From Clostridia bacterium (lineage in GTDB: Bacteria > Bacillota > Clostridia > Oscillospirales > CAG-272): a DNA stretch of 56,953 nt. Below the pieces are notes generated by a model. The model worked only from the letters and a program-made list of their open reading frames with translations, had not been told where the DNA came from and made no database searches. Shown here piece by piece: positions 26,838-36,927 of the stretch. Both the position numbers and the translations under genes were made by a program. Where the stretch lies: positions 1 through 56,953 of the forward strand of contig JAFYLR010000005.1 in the NCBI GenBank assembly GCA_017550115.1. The letters run 5' to 3'. Each line of letters opens with the position of its first letter. Within the stretch, counting starts at the first letter, position 1.

Positions 26838-29537
26838 ATGATAAAAGATATGATCAGAAAAACGCCTCAAAATACATATTTTCGTGGCTTGAGCGATGCC
26901 GAGGTTGAGCTTTCCCGCAAAAAACACGGTGAAAACAAGCTGACCGAATCAAAAAAACGTTCATTTATCCGGCAATTTATATCAAACCTCGGCGATCCCG
27001 TTATAAAAGTATTACTCGGTGCTCTCATAATAAATATTGTCTTTCTTATAAGGGGCGGAGAGATATACGAAACCATCGGCATAGGTATCTCGGTATTTCT
27101 CGCCACCTTTATCTCAACAATGTCTGAATACGGAAGCGAGGCGGCGTTCTCAAAGCTCAAATCCGACAGTGAACAGACAAAAATCCGAGTTCGCCGCAAC
27201 GGAAAAATTTTGGAGATCCCTACAAACGAACTTGTCGTCGGAGATATAATTCTTCTTTGTGCAGGAGAAAAAATACCCGCAGACTGTGTTCTGCTCTCGG
27301 GTACGCTTGGGGTTAATCAGTCTATGATGACAGGCGAAAACCGCGAAGTTTTCAAAAAACCGTGTGAATCTGTTTCTCAAATCTCTATCAATCCCGCTCT
27401 TGACCCGTCACAATATTATGCACTTATCGGAGGATGCGTTATCATCTCGGGGGAAGGAGAAGCGAGAGTCAGCGTCGTGGGGGATGCGACCTTTCTCGGA
27501 GGGATTTCAAGAGAAGTACAGGAACAAACAAGAGAAAGTCCGCTTCGTCTGCGTCTGACAAAGCTCGCTTCAACCATAAGTAAACTCGGATACATCGCCG
27601 CAATATTTGTCGCACTTGCGTATCTTATAAACAGTTTCATTCTCGACAGCGGCGCTCACCCAACGCTCATCTTTATGAAGCTCAGCGACGTACACTATCT
27701 TTTTTCAAAACTCTTACACGCATTTACTCTCGGCGTAACTGTTATCGTCGTCGCAGTACCTGAAGGACTTCCTATGATGATTGCGGTAGTTCTGTCGGCA
27801 AATATCAAGAAAATGGTAAAGGACAATGTGCTCGTGCGGAAAGCCGTCGGGATCGAAGCAGCTGGAAGTATGAATATTCTGTTTACCGACAAAACGGGAA
27901 CCTTGACCGAGGGACATTTGAGCGTAAAAGAATACATTCTCGGAGACGGAACTATACTTCCCTGCTCAAAAAATGCCAAAAAGAATAATATTATGCGTCT
28001 TTTCGCACTTTCCGCCTTATATAATACTTCTTCGCAGATAAGTTCAAACGTAAAAGGAAGCTTGTTCGCTGTCGGTGGAAATATGACAGATCTTGCCCTT
28101 GCCGAGAGTGCAAAAGAGTATATACCGTTTTTCAACGATATAAAAGTCTTAAACAAAGAGCCGTTTGACAGCTCAAAAAAGTATTCTGCGGCAAAGCTTG
28201 GCGGAAGCGAGAATACTGTGTTGATAAAGGGGGCTCCCGAAAAGCTTTTGCCGTACGTTCGCGCCTGTCTTGACGAAAACGGAGAAACAATCCCCTTCAA
28301 TATCGTTCGTTTTGAAGGCATACTAAGCCGACTGACAAGCTCGGGCGGTCGAGTTGTGCTTGTATGCAAAAGTGACATCATGCCAAATAGCGAAAGAAAT
28401 ATGTCACTCACACTAATTGGTGCCGTTCTTCTCTCTGACAGAATAAGAAAAGAGGCTGCCGCCTCGGTTGCTCGTCTTCGAGGGGCGGGAATACACGTCG
28501 TTATGGTAACCGGCGATAATATAGAAACCGCGGCAAGTATAGCGAAAGAAAGCGGAATACTTGACGAAGACATTGATATTTGCATCACAAGCACAGAGCT
28601 TGCAAAGCTCGGAGATATGAAGCTGCGAGAGCTTCTCCCTCGAATAGGCGTTATCGCAAGGGCACTGCCTTCCGACAAAAGCCGTCTTGTCAGAGTTGCA
28701 CAGGAAGCGGAAATGGTCGTTGGAATGACGGGCGACGGAATAAACGATGCTCCTGCCCTGCGACGTGCCGACATCGGATTTGCTATGGGAAGCGGAACGC
28801 AAGTGGCAAAAGAAGCAGGCGACATTATAATTCTTGACAATAATCTTTCTTCAATCGCCCGTGCAGTGCTTTACGGGCGAGGTATATTCAAAAACATACG
28901 TAAATTTATAACGTTGCAGTTGACGATGAATTTGTGTGCCGTAGGAGTATCCATGATCGGCCCATTTATAGGCTTTGATGCACCCGTTACTGTCGTTCAG
29001 ATGCTTTGGATAAACATAATAATGGACACTCTCGGCGGGCTCGCGTTTGCAGGGGAACACGCAAACGAAAAATGCATGAACGAAAAGCCGAAGAAAAGAG
29101 ACGAGGCGATACTTAATCGATACATGATAGGTGAGATACTGACAATGGGGCTTTTTACGGTTACTCTCTGTATCCTGTTTTTGAAAATGCCTAATATAAC
29201 AAGTCTATTCCGCTATCAAGAAAACAATCTTTATCTATTGACTGCATTTTTTGCGTTATTCATTTTCGCAAGTGTTTTCAACTGCTTTTGTGCCAGAACC
29301 GATAGCCTAAATATTTTTCGTGATCTTGCAAAAAACAAGGTATTCATAATTATAATGCTTTCGATCACGGCAATTCAGATAGGGTTTATCTATCTCGGAG
29401 GAAGCGTTCTGAGAACTGCACCGCTTTTGTGGGAAGAGCTTCGCACCACCCTCATTCTCGCTCTTACGGTTTTCCCTGCAAATATGTTAAGAAAACTCAT
29501 TTTGCGCATCATAGGTTCAAAAAACACTTCTTACTAA
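26838..29537 (+). CDS. P-type cation-translocating ATPase (Ca2+/PMCA-SERCA-like, type II)
   Basis: Motifs DKTGTLT, TGDN, GDGINDAP, TGE and PEGLP. Start moved to the ATG at 26838, preceded by GGAGA. Confidence 0.9.
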   Translation: MIKDMIRKTPQNTYFRGLSDAEVELSRKKHGENKLTESKKRSFIRQFISNLGDPVIKVLLGALIINIVFLIRGGEIYETIGIGISVFLATFISTMSEYGSEAAFSKLKSDSEQTKIRVRRNGKILEIPTNELVVGDIILLCAGEKIPADCVLLSGTLGVNQSMMTGENREVFKKPCESVSQISINPALDPSQYYALIGGCVIISGEGEARVSVVGDATFLGGISREVQEQTRESPLRLRLTKLASTISKLGYIAAIFVALAYLINSFILDSGAHPTLIFMKLSDVHYLFSKLLHAFTLGVTVIVVAVPEGLPMMIAVVLSANIKKMVKDNVLVRKAVGIEAAGSMNILFTDKTGTLTEGHLSVKEYILGDGTILPCSKNAKKNNIMRLFALSALYNTSSQISSNVKGSLFAVGGNMTDLALAESAKEYIPFFNDIKVLNKEPFDSSKKYSAAKLGGSENTVLIKGAPEKLLPYVRACLDENGETIPFNIVRFEGILSRLTSSGGRVVLVCKSDIMPNSERNMSLTLIGAVLLSDRIRKEAAASVARLRGAGIHVVMVTGDNIETAASIAKESGILDEDIDICITSTELAKLGDMKLRELLPRIGVIARALPSDKSRLVRVAQEAEMVVGMTGDGINDAPALRRADIGFAMGSGTQVAKEAGDIIILDNNLSSIARAVLYGRGIFKNIRKFITLQLTMNLCAVGVSMIGPFIGFDAPVTVVQMLWINIIMDTLGGLAFAGEHANEKCMNEKPKKRDEAILNRYMIGEILTMGLFTVTLCILFLKMPNITSLFRYQENNLYLLTAFFALFIFASVFNCFCARTDSLNIFRDLAKNKVFIIIMLSITAIQIGFIYLGGSVLRTAPLLWEELRTTLILALTVFPANMLRKLILRIIGSKNTSY

Positions 29538-29538
29538 C

Positions 29539-29583
29539 AAAGAAAGCAGGTCAAGGAAAAATTTCCTTGACCTGCTTTCTTTG
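29539..29583 (+). terminator. intrinsic terminator after the ATPase gene
   Basis: AAGAAAGCAGGTCAAGGA-aaaat-TTCCTTGACCTGCTTTCTTT. Confidence 0.75.
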
Positions 29584-29622
29584 GCCAAAACGTCATAAAT
29601 TAAACAAAAAACCATCAAACTA

Positions 29623-29650
29623 TTGACACAGAGATATGATATATTATAAT
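29623..29650 (+). promoter_or_regulatory. promoter TTGACA-N16-TATAAT
   Basis: TTGACA at 29623-29628 and TATAAT at 29645-29650. Confidence 0.55.
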
Positions 29651-29695
29651 AGTATTATTATCATTAAATAAAAACACGATTTGGAGGAATACACT

Positions 29696-30835
29696 TTGAT
29701 CGAAGTTAAAAATCTCGTAAAGCGATACGGAAATCACGTTGCGGTAAACGGTATCAGCTTTACGGTCGAACCGGGAAAAATATACGGTCTGTTGGGTCCT
29801 AACGGAGCCGGAAAATCCACAACTATGAATATAGTAACGGGCTGTCTTGCCGCAAACGAAGGAAGTGTCACAATAAACGGTCACGATATTTTTGAAAATC
29901 CTAAGGAAGCAAAACGCTGTATAGGATATCTGCCCGAAATACCCCCTCTTTATTCGGATATGACACCTATAGAGTATTTAACATTCGTGGCTGAGGCAAA
30001 AAAGGTAAAGGGGCAAGCGGTTGCAAAGCAAGTAAAGGAGGTTATGGAGGTAACCGATCTCACCGCTATGCAGGACCGCCTTATACGCAATCTTTCAAAA
30101 GGATATCGGCAAAGAGTTGGTATTGCCCAGGCTATGCTGGGAGATCCCGACATCATTATTCTTGACGAGCCGACGGTCGGTCTTGACCCAAAACAGATTC
30201 TTGAAATAAGAGAACTTATAAAAGCACTCGGGAAAAGCAAGACTGTCATTCTTTCAAGCCATATTCTTGCCGAGATAAGTGCCGTTTGCGAAAACGTTAT
30301 GATAATTTCGCATGGCAATCTTGTTGCAAATGATTCGATAGAGAACCTTGAAGCTATAGCAAACCGTTGTGATAAACTCAAAATCATCGTTCGCGGAGAA
30401 CGCAACGCTATCGTGAGCAAAATTTCATCAATAGAAAACGTTCTTAGCATAAATGACAGCGATGAAAAAGCGGGAGATGGCGAGGTCGCTCTCGAGCTTG
30501 AACTCCTAAAGGGTGCGGACATAAGAAACGATATATTCTTCGCTATGGCTGACATTAAATATCCGATAATTTCTATTCATTATCAACAGACAACTCTTGA
30601 GGATATATTCTTGGCTCTTACAAATGATAATATCCACCCTGACAAAAACGGTGTAATGCCGAGCGTTGAAGACATTCTAAGTGGAAAAGCAGCCAAGTAT
30701 GATGAAGACTCTTATGAAAACAACAGCGACGAAGAGCTTGAAGATTTAACAGATGAAGATTCAGAAAACAAAGAAGAACAAGAGGACGATTACCGCCCGT
30801 TGTTCAGCGGAGAAAATAAGGAGGAAGAAAAATGA
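29696..30835 (+). CDS. ABC transporter ATP-binding protein (ABC-2/GldA-like) with a long acidic C-terminal tail
   Basis: Walker A GPNGAGKST, signature LSKGYRQR, Walker B IIILDEP. The probable start is the TTG at 29696, 8 nt after GGAGG. The track start at 29681 is also a TTG, but it overlaps this GGAGG and has no separate RBS upstream. Confidence 0.85.
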   Translation: MIEVKNLVKRYGNHVAVNGISFTVEPGKIYGLLGPNGAGKSTTMNIVTGCLAANEGSVTINGHDIFENPKEAKRCIGYLPEIPPLYSDMTPIEYLTFVAEAKKVKGQAVAKQVKEVMEVTDLTAMQDRLIRNLSKGYRQRVGIAQAMLGDPDIIILDEPTVGLDPKQILEIRELIKALGKSKTVILSSHILAEISAVCENVMIISHGNLVANDSIENLEAIANRCDKLKIIVRGERNAIVSKISSIENVLSINDSDEKAGDGEVALELELLKGADIRNDIFFAMADIKYPIISIHYQQTTLEDIFLALTNDNIHPDKNGVMPSVEDILSGKAAKYDEDSYENNSDEELEDLTDEDSENKEEQEDDYRPLFSGENKEEEK

Positions 30836-31695
30836 TAGCTGTACTTAAAAAAGAATTCAGATCCTTTTTCACAGGTGTGACAGGCTGTATTTTCATCGCC
30901 TTTCTGCTCTGCTTTACGGGTATATACATAACCTCTATAAATCTTGGCGGCGGATACTCGTCATTTGAATACGTTCTTTCAAACATCGTAATAGTTTTTC
31001 TTCTTATAGTGCCGATACTAACGATGCGAAGCTTCGCCGAGGAGAAAAACACTAAAACAGATCAGCTTCTTTACTCTCTACCAATGGGCGTAAGCGAGGT
31101 CGTTATGGGCAAGTTTTTTGCAATGCTTACATTTTTTGCAATCCCTGTTGCAATAATGGCAACCTATCCGATCATTCTTAGTGCTTACGGGGAGGTCGCA
31201 TATAAATCTGCTTACCTTGCACTCTTCGGATTTTTCATGCTTGGCTCTGCGCTCATTTCTATTTGTATGTTTATGTCGTCGCTCACAGAGAGTCAGGTCA
31301 TCGCCGCAATTACAAGCTTTGGAGTGCTTCTTCTTACATATATGATGAATGGACTTGCTTCATTGATACCAACCTCGCCCAAGGCTTCGCTTGTATGCTT
31401 TGCAATACTCGCTCTGCTAATAGCCTTCTTGTTTTACCATATGACAAAAAACATAACGCTCTCAGCTTCGGTTCTTGTAATACTTTTGCTATTGATAGTA
31501 ACAGCTTACGTAATGAAACGCGAAATTTTTGAAGGACTTTTCGTCTCTGTAATCTCGTATCTTGCCGTATTTGACCGTTTCATCAGTCTCACCGGCGGGA
31601 TATTTGACGTCACCGCTATCATATATCTTATTTCAGTCTCGGTGTTTTTCCTTTTCTTGACAGTACAGTCGGTCGAAAAACGCCGTTGGAGCTGA
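30832..31695 (+). CDS. ABC-2-type permease (GldF-like)
   Basis: Six-TM hydrophobic protein with an ATGA overlap onto the ATPase gene. Confidence 0.7.
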   Translation: MIAVLKKEFRSFFTGVTGCIFIAFLLCFTGIYITSINLGGGYSSFEYVLSNIVIVFLLIVPILTMRSFAEEKNTKTDQLLYSLPMGVSEVVMGKFFAMLTFFAIPVAIMATYPIILSAYGEVAYKSAYLALFGFFMLGSALISICMFMSSLTESQVIAAITSFGVLLLTYMMNGLASLIPTSPKASLVCFAILALLIAFLFYHMTKNITLSASVLVILLLLIVTAYVMKREIFEGLFVSVISYLAVFDRFISLTGGIFDVTAIIYLISVSVFFLFLTVQSVEKRRWS

Positions 31696-31713
31696 GAGAA
31701 AGGAGATATGACA

Positions 31714-33177
31714 ATGAACTTAAACAAAAGAACAAAAATGGGTACATATACCGTCGTTATGATCTTTATCGTACTTGCGGTCTTGGTTTTTGTAAATCTC
31801 GCAGCGGTAAATGCACCCTCGCAATATACAAAACTTGATACGACGTCTCTTGATCTCTATACTCTCTCGGATATGACAAAGGATGCTTTAGGAAATGTGA
31901 CAGAAGATATTAAGATATATTTCCTGTGTAGCGGCGGAGAGGACGCAAGCGGAAATTCACTTGAAAATCTCCCTCAGCTCTCAATTTATCTCGAACGCTA
32001 TGCAAATCTTAATAAGCACATAAAAGTTGATATTGTTGACCCTGTAAAAGATCCCAATTTCACTCTGAAATATACAGAGGACACTCTTGACAATTATTCT
32101 ATTATTGTTGAGAGTGCGAAACGAGCAAAAATAATCCCCTTTACAGATCTATATTACTACTATAATGATTCGTTTGGCGTTATCTCTACCGAGCTTTATT
32201 CTACTTTTATGTATTACTACTACTCAAATTACGGACAGATGCCGGAACTGACGCTTAATTTTAATGGCGACAGTGTCATCACCTCCGCACTTGATTATGT
32301 AACCACCGACAGAATACCCGCGGTTTACGCACTCACAGGTCACGGCGAAACGGCTTTTGACGAAACTCTTGCCACAAATATTACCGATAACAGTCTCCTC
32401 TACGGTACGCTTTCCCTGCTTACCTCAGACATACCAGAGGAAACAGAGCTTATCATTATCAATACCCCCACAATAGATATAAGCGAGGTAGAAATATCAA
32501 AGCTTTCCGAATATCTTGACAAGGGCGGAAATTTGTTTATTACAACGTCATATAAAAACCCAAACTTGCCGAATCTCTATGCTCTGCTCGCAGAATACGG
32601 CCTCTCTGCTATATCGGGCGTCATTCTCGATCAGGATCCGAACTATTATTATGCTTATCCCTACTATTTGCTCCCAAGTGCAAACTCTTCAAGTGCACTT
32701 ACCGCAGAATATGCGTCCTCGGTATATATGATAATGCCCGAAGCTCACGGTATCTTAAGCGGTGGAGAAACCGAGAAGAACGTAAGTTCCGTTCCGCTTT
32801 TCACGACCTCGACCTCCGCTCTGAAAGTTGAGATAGAATCAGAGGAAGACGATTATACAGAAGCGCAATATGACGTTGCAGTTCACGTACTCGACAACGA
32901 AAGCGGTGCCAATATAATCTGGTTTGGCTCAAATGCATTTATGGATGACTATAATAGTGTAACGGGCGGAAATTATCAATATTTTATGTCTATTACAGAT
33001 AAAATCGTTGAAAGAGACAGAATTACAAACAACATTCCCGCAAACGCGATAACCGGCTCATACCTTATCGTAAACGAAGCTCAAAAGAATATGTGGATGG
33101 TCATTTTAGTTATCATAATCCCTGTAACCTTTGCTATCTGCGGTGTAGCTTATTGGTATGTAAGGAGAAGAAAATAA
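31714..33177 (+). CDS. GldG-like ABC-transport auxiliary protein
   Basis: N- and C-terminal TM anchors around a large extracytoplasmic domain. This is the usual gene order for GldA/F/G-like clusters. The ATG at 31714 has 8-nt spacing from AGGAG; the ATG at 31708 is an alternative. Confidence 0.6.
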   Translation: MNLNKRTKMGTYTVVMIFIVLAVLVFVNLAAVNAPSQYTKLDTTSLDLYTLSDMTKDALGNVTEDIKIYFLCSGGEDASGNSLENLPQLSIYLERYANLNKHIKVDIVDPVKDPNFTLKYTEDTLDNYSIIVESAKRAKIIPFTDLYYYYNDSFGVISTELYSTFMYYYYSNYGQMPELTLNFNGDSVITSALDYVTTDRIPAVYALTGHGETAFDETLATNITDNSLLYGTLSLLTSDIPEETELIIINTPTIDISEVEISKLSEYLDKGGNLFITTSYKNPNLPNLYALLAEYGLSAISGVILDQDPNYYYAYPYYLLPSANSSSALTAEYASSVYMIMPEAHGILSGGETEKNVSSVPLFTTSTSALKVEIESEEDDYTEAQYDVAVHVLDNESGANIIWFGSNAFMDDYNSVTGGNYQYFMSITDKIVERDRITNNIPANAITGSYLIVNEAQKNMWMVILVIIIPVTFAICGVAYWYVRRRK

Positions 33178-34187
33178 TGAAAAGACCTGCAAAGATCCTT
33201 ATAATGCTTATCGTGCTTGTCCTCGTTATCGGTGGGTATATTCAAATGAAGAATATGCCCTCAGATCAACCTGATATGACCGAAGACGGCTCTAGTACCA
33301 TCAGATATGCAGCGAACTCGGTTTTATACGATAATATAACAAAACTGTCCTATGAAAACGGCGATACAACGCTCTCACTCAAAAAGAACGGTGATATCTG
33401 GGTTCTTGATATGGAAAACGCGCCTGCGATCGACAGCGAGATCGCGGATTCGATAGTAAAATCAATCGCAACACCCTCTTCCTCAAATCTTCTTGAAAAT
33501 GTCTCGAAGGAAAAACTCTCTGAATACGGACTTAGCGAACCTGATCTGAGGATAACTATAACCGAAGGCGAAAAAGTATCAGAATTTATTTTTGGAAGCT
33601 ATAATGCGACGATCGGTGAATATTATTTCTGCGATGCGTCAGCAATCGACACGGTATTCACGCTCGAAAGCTCGATTTGGGAAATGTTTTCATATACTCT
33701 TAAGGATCTGATCATTTATGACACCCTGCCCGCAATAAAGGCAGATTCAATCACCTCGTTCAGTCTGAAAGGCGAAAACAAGGAGATAACCATAGAAGCA
33801 ATAAAAACTCCTACAGAAACTGATGGTGAATATACTTATTCGGCAACACTCACCGAGAACGGCATAAGCGAAAGCTATTCTTATGCAGATTTTTACCGCA
33901 TGGCAGAAGCTATAGCAGAATGGAATATCGACGAATTTGTATGCTGCGAGGAACAGCTCGGAACAGAATACGGATTTGACACGCCGAAAACACTCACTAT
34001 AAACTATACCAAGCGTTATGACCTGAACACAGAAGGCTCATCGGGAGGATATATTGACAGAGACGAATCTTTTTCTTTGATTCTCGGTGAGAAGGACGAG
34101 GAAGGTTACTATTATTGCAAAATCTCCGCAGATTCTCGTCTTATCTATAAAATATCAACAAACATAATAGATGAAATTTTCTATTAA
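33177..34187 (+). CDS. membrane-anchored DUF4340-like protein
   Basis: Starts MKRPAKILIMLIVLVLVIGG at a TAATG overlap with the upstream gene. Its position after the GldG-like gene is typical for DUF4340. Confidence 0.5.
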   Translation: MKRPAKILIMLIVLVLVIGGYIQMKNMPSDQPDMTEDGSSTIRYAANSVLYDNITKLSYENGDTTLSLKKNGDIWVLDMENAPAIDSEIADSIVKSIATPSSSNLLENVSKEKLSEYGLSEPDLRITITEGEKVSEFIFGSYNATIGEYYFCDASAIDTVFTLESSIWEMFSYTLKDLIIYDTLPAIKADSITSFSLKGENKEITIEAIKTPTETDGEYTYSATLTENGISESYSYADFYRMAEAIAEWNIDEFVCCEEQLGTEYGFDTPKTLTINYTKRYDLNTEGSSGGYIDRDESFSLILGEKDEEGYYYCKISADSRLIYKISTNIIDEIFY

Positions 34188-34226
34188 AAACAGGCTGTTG
34201 CATTAGAAATGCAACAGCCTGTTTTT
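34186..34226. terminator. bidirectional terminator
   Basis: AAAAACAGGCTGTTGCAT-tagaa-ATGCAACAGCCTGTTTTT. Confidence 0.8.
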
Positions 34227-34235
34227 AATCATATC

Positions 34236-35267
34236 TTATCTTTGTACTCTTCCCGAACCGTCACCACCGACAAGAGCTTCAACCTCGGATCTCTTTACAA
34301 GATTAAAATCTCCCGGAATAGTGTGCTTAAGAGCTGACGCCGCAACACCGAATTCAAGAGCCTCCTTGAAGCTTTTACCGTCAAGGAAACCGCATATCGT
34401 TCCGCCCGCAAAGCTGTCACCGCCACCTACACGGTCTACTATCGGATGAACTCTATATTCTTTTGAATGATAGAATTCCTTTGTATCTCTTGAATAAATA
34501 CAAGCCGACCAACCGTTATCAGATGCCGATCTCGATACTCTCAATGAAGAAACAACGTACTCAAAGTTAAATTTTTCAACCATTTGCTTGAATATATCCT
34601 CATAACCCGCAAGCTTCAGGTCGCCTCCCGTTACATCCGTCTCTCCGGGCTTAAAGCCAAGCACTTTTTCTGCATCCTCTTCATTTCCTATACATACGTC
34701 AACATACTGCATAAGATTTGTCATAATCCGCTGAGCCTTCTCGCTTGACCAGAGTTTTTTGCGGAAATTTAGGTCAACAGATACCTTAACACCATGCTTC
34801 TTTGCTGCTTTAAGTGCAACCTCTGTAAGCTCTGCGGCTTTATCTGATATAGCAGGAGTAATTCCTGTGAAGTGGAACCAATCTGCTCCCTCAAATATCT
34901 TATCAAAGTCAAAATCCGAGGCGTCGGCTGTAGCGATTGAAGAATTAGCCCTGTCATACACAACGTTTGAAGCTCTCATTGACGAGCCCGTCTCCAAGAA
35001 ATATATGCCGACTCTATCCCCGCCTCTTGCTATGTTTTTTGTTCCGACGTTATGCTTGCGAAGAGCCGCCACCGCACAGTCACCTATAGGATTATCGGGA
35101 AGCTTAGTTACAAATTCCGCTTCATGTCCATAGTTTGCTAAAGAAACCGCAACATTAGCCTCTCCTCCGCCGTAACAAACGTCAAATTCGGTTGATTGTA
35201 TAAATCTTTCGTTGTTTGGTGTTGATAATCTTAACATTATCTCACCCATCGTTACTACCTTTGACAT
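34236..35267 (-). CDS. kdgK: 2-dehydro-3-deoxygluconokinase (PfkB family)
   Basis: Starts VVTMGEIMLRL. C-terminal motif VGGGDSFAGG. 343 aa. Confidence 0.85.
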   Translation of the reverse strand: MSKVVTMGEIMLRLSTPNNERFIQSTEFDVCYGGGEANVAVSLANYGHEAEFVTKLPDNPIGDCAVAALRKHNVGTKNIARGGDRVGIYFLETGSSMRASNVVYDRANSSIATADASDFDFDKIFEGADWFHFTGITPAISDKAAELTEVALKAAKKHGVKVSVDLNFRKKLWSSEKAQRIMTNLMQYVDVCIGNEEDAEKVLGFKPGETDVTGGDLKLAGYEDIFKQMVEKFNFEYVVSSLRVSRSASDNGWSACIYSRDTKEFYHSKEYRVHPIVDRVGGGDSFAGGTICGFLDGKSFKEALEFGVAASALKHTIPGDFNLVKRSEVEALVGGDGSGRVQR

Positions 35268-35908
35268 TAAGAACGAGCCTCCTTAATTTTTGCTATAAAT
35301 TCTTTTGCAGTTGCCGTTATTTTATCGTAATCTCCGGTTTTGGCACCTGCCGTAAGAGAAGAGCCTGCTCCTACAGCCACAGCACCCGCTTTGATCCACT
35401 TGTCCACGTTTGAGACGTCAACACCTCCCGTGGGCATAAGCTTCGCCTGCGGAAGCGGACCTTTTATATCTTTGATGATAGCAGGGCCAAACAAGTCTGC
35501 CGGGAATATTTTTATAATGTCCGCACCGGCTTCCATGGCTGTTATGACCTCTGTTATAGTCATGCAACCCGGCATATACGGAACCTGATAACGATTACAG
35601 AGCTTTGCCGTCTCCAAATTAAATCCCGGACTTACTATGTAATTTGCTCCCGACAAAATTGCTATTCTTGCAGTTTCGCTGTCAAGAACGGTTCCTGCAC
35701 CTAACATCATTTCACCGTTACTATATTTCTCCGCCAAAGATTCGATGACCTTGTGTGCCGCAGGAACGGTAAAAGTCAACTCTATTCCGGTACAACCTCC
35801 CAAAAGGCAGGCATCCGCAATTCTGATAGCTTCCTCAGAATCCTTTGCACGAACTACCGCAACCAGTCCGCAATCAGTCAGCTTTTGTAAAACCTTCGTC
35901 TTTTCCAT
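35267..35908 (-). CDS. eda: KDPG / 4-hydroxy-2-oxoglutarate aldolase
   Basis: Motifs GLVAVVR, IELTF, GAGTV, FPA and PTGGV. Start moved to the ATG at 35908, preceded by GGAGA. TAATG overlap with kdgK. Confidence 0.85.
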   Translation of the reverse strand: MEKTKVLQKLTDCGLVAVVRAKDSEEAIRIADACLLGGCTGIELTFTVPAAHKVIESLAEKYSNGEMMLGAGTVLDSETARIAILSGANYIVSPGFNLETAKLCNRYQVPYMPGCMTITEVITAMEAGADIIKIFPADLFGPAIIKDIKGPLPQAKLMPTGGVDVSNVDKWIKAGAVAVGAGSSLTAGAKTGDYDKITATAKEFIAKIKEARS

Positions 35909-35949
35909 GTATCTTTCTCCATTCAAAAACATTTTCTAAGCTTTAGATA

Positions 35950-36927
35950 TCAAGTTATAACACATATCGGAGCAGGTATTTCTATACGATTTTTCAAGGC
36001 ATCATCCCCACCAACGCTCATTTCAATAAATGTAACGTCATCACTGTCCTGATTCGTGCTTATGATACAATCCCCGATCATCATAAAATCTCTCGGCGTT
36101 TTTCCAAAACAGCTTATCGTTCTTTGCAGTTCCAATTTTTCGCCGTCAAAGGACATTTGCGATATAGAATCATGTCCTCTGTTTGAAACGTATATAAGAC
36201 CTTTTTCGTATCTTATTGCCGATGCCGTACTCTCTCTCTCGAAATCTGAGGGCAAACACTTTTTTGTGTCTATAAGTGTCAGAGTCGCCTCAGAATAGGA
36301 AAACACAGATACCGTAGATTCCAACTCGTTTGCCACAAAGCAATATTTGCCGTCGTCAGAAAATATTAAATGACGTGCACCGTGCCCCACAGGAACCTGC
36401 GCCTTATTTATGAGATTCAGATCTTTATCATATATGAATATCGTATCAAGTCCGAGGTCTGTAACGCACAAATATTTATTATCCGGCGTAAATCCAACAA
36501 AATGCGTGTGCGGGCCTTCCTGTCGTTTGACGTTAACCCCCTTGCCGGTGTGGAACACCAGCCTTGAGGGCATCTTTATAACGCTTCCCGAAATATAATT
36601 CACGCAATACGTATTGTCTCCATCAACCGCTAAATGACAAGCTACGTCGCCTCCCGTAGATAAAACCTCCCCGGGATTTGTAAGCTTACCGTCAGAGTCA
36701 ATATCATAGACAACAACACCGCTTTCACTCCTATCCTCAAATGGAGCTCTAAGCAATATATGCATCTTGTTATCCGACCTCGTCATATACATAGGCCTGT
36801 CCATAGGCGTGAAGTTTATCAATTTCGGCTCGGAGCTATCCGAAAACTCATATTGATATATTCCACCGTCTTTTGTGCAGGACGCTATATATATATTAAA
36901 GCGCTGATTGTGTGTCATTCGGGTCAC
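35950..36927 (-). CDS. 7-bladed beta-propeller lactonase-family protein (YbhE/Pgl-like)
   Basis: QEGPHTHFVGFTPDNKYLCVTDLGLDTIFIY and the repeated blade pattern resemble the lactonase family. Confidence 0.7.
   Translation of the reverse strand: MTRMTHNQRFNIYIASCTKDGGIYQYEFSDSSEPKLINFTPMDRPMYMTRSDNKMHILLRAPFEDRSESGVVVYDIDSDGKLTNPGEVLSTGGDVACHLAVDGDNTYCVNYISGSVIKMPSRLVFHTGKGVNVKRQEGPHTHFVGFTPDNKYLCVTDLGLDTIFIYDKDLNLINKAQVPVGHGARHLIFSDDGKYCFVANELESTVSVFSYSEATLTLIDTKKCLPSDFERESTASAIRYEKGLIYVSNRGHDSISQMSFDGEKLELQRTISCFGKTPRDFMMIGDCIISTNQDSDDVTFIEMSVGGDDALKNRIEIPAPICVIT

Noticed and set aside
27695-28840. 381-aa ORF on the - strand
   Set aside because: It is antisense to the P-type ATPase catalytic domain (the DKTGTLT...GDGINDAP region). 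The composition is Ser/Pro/Ile-rich. A shadow ORF.
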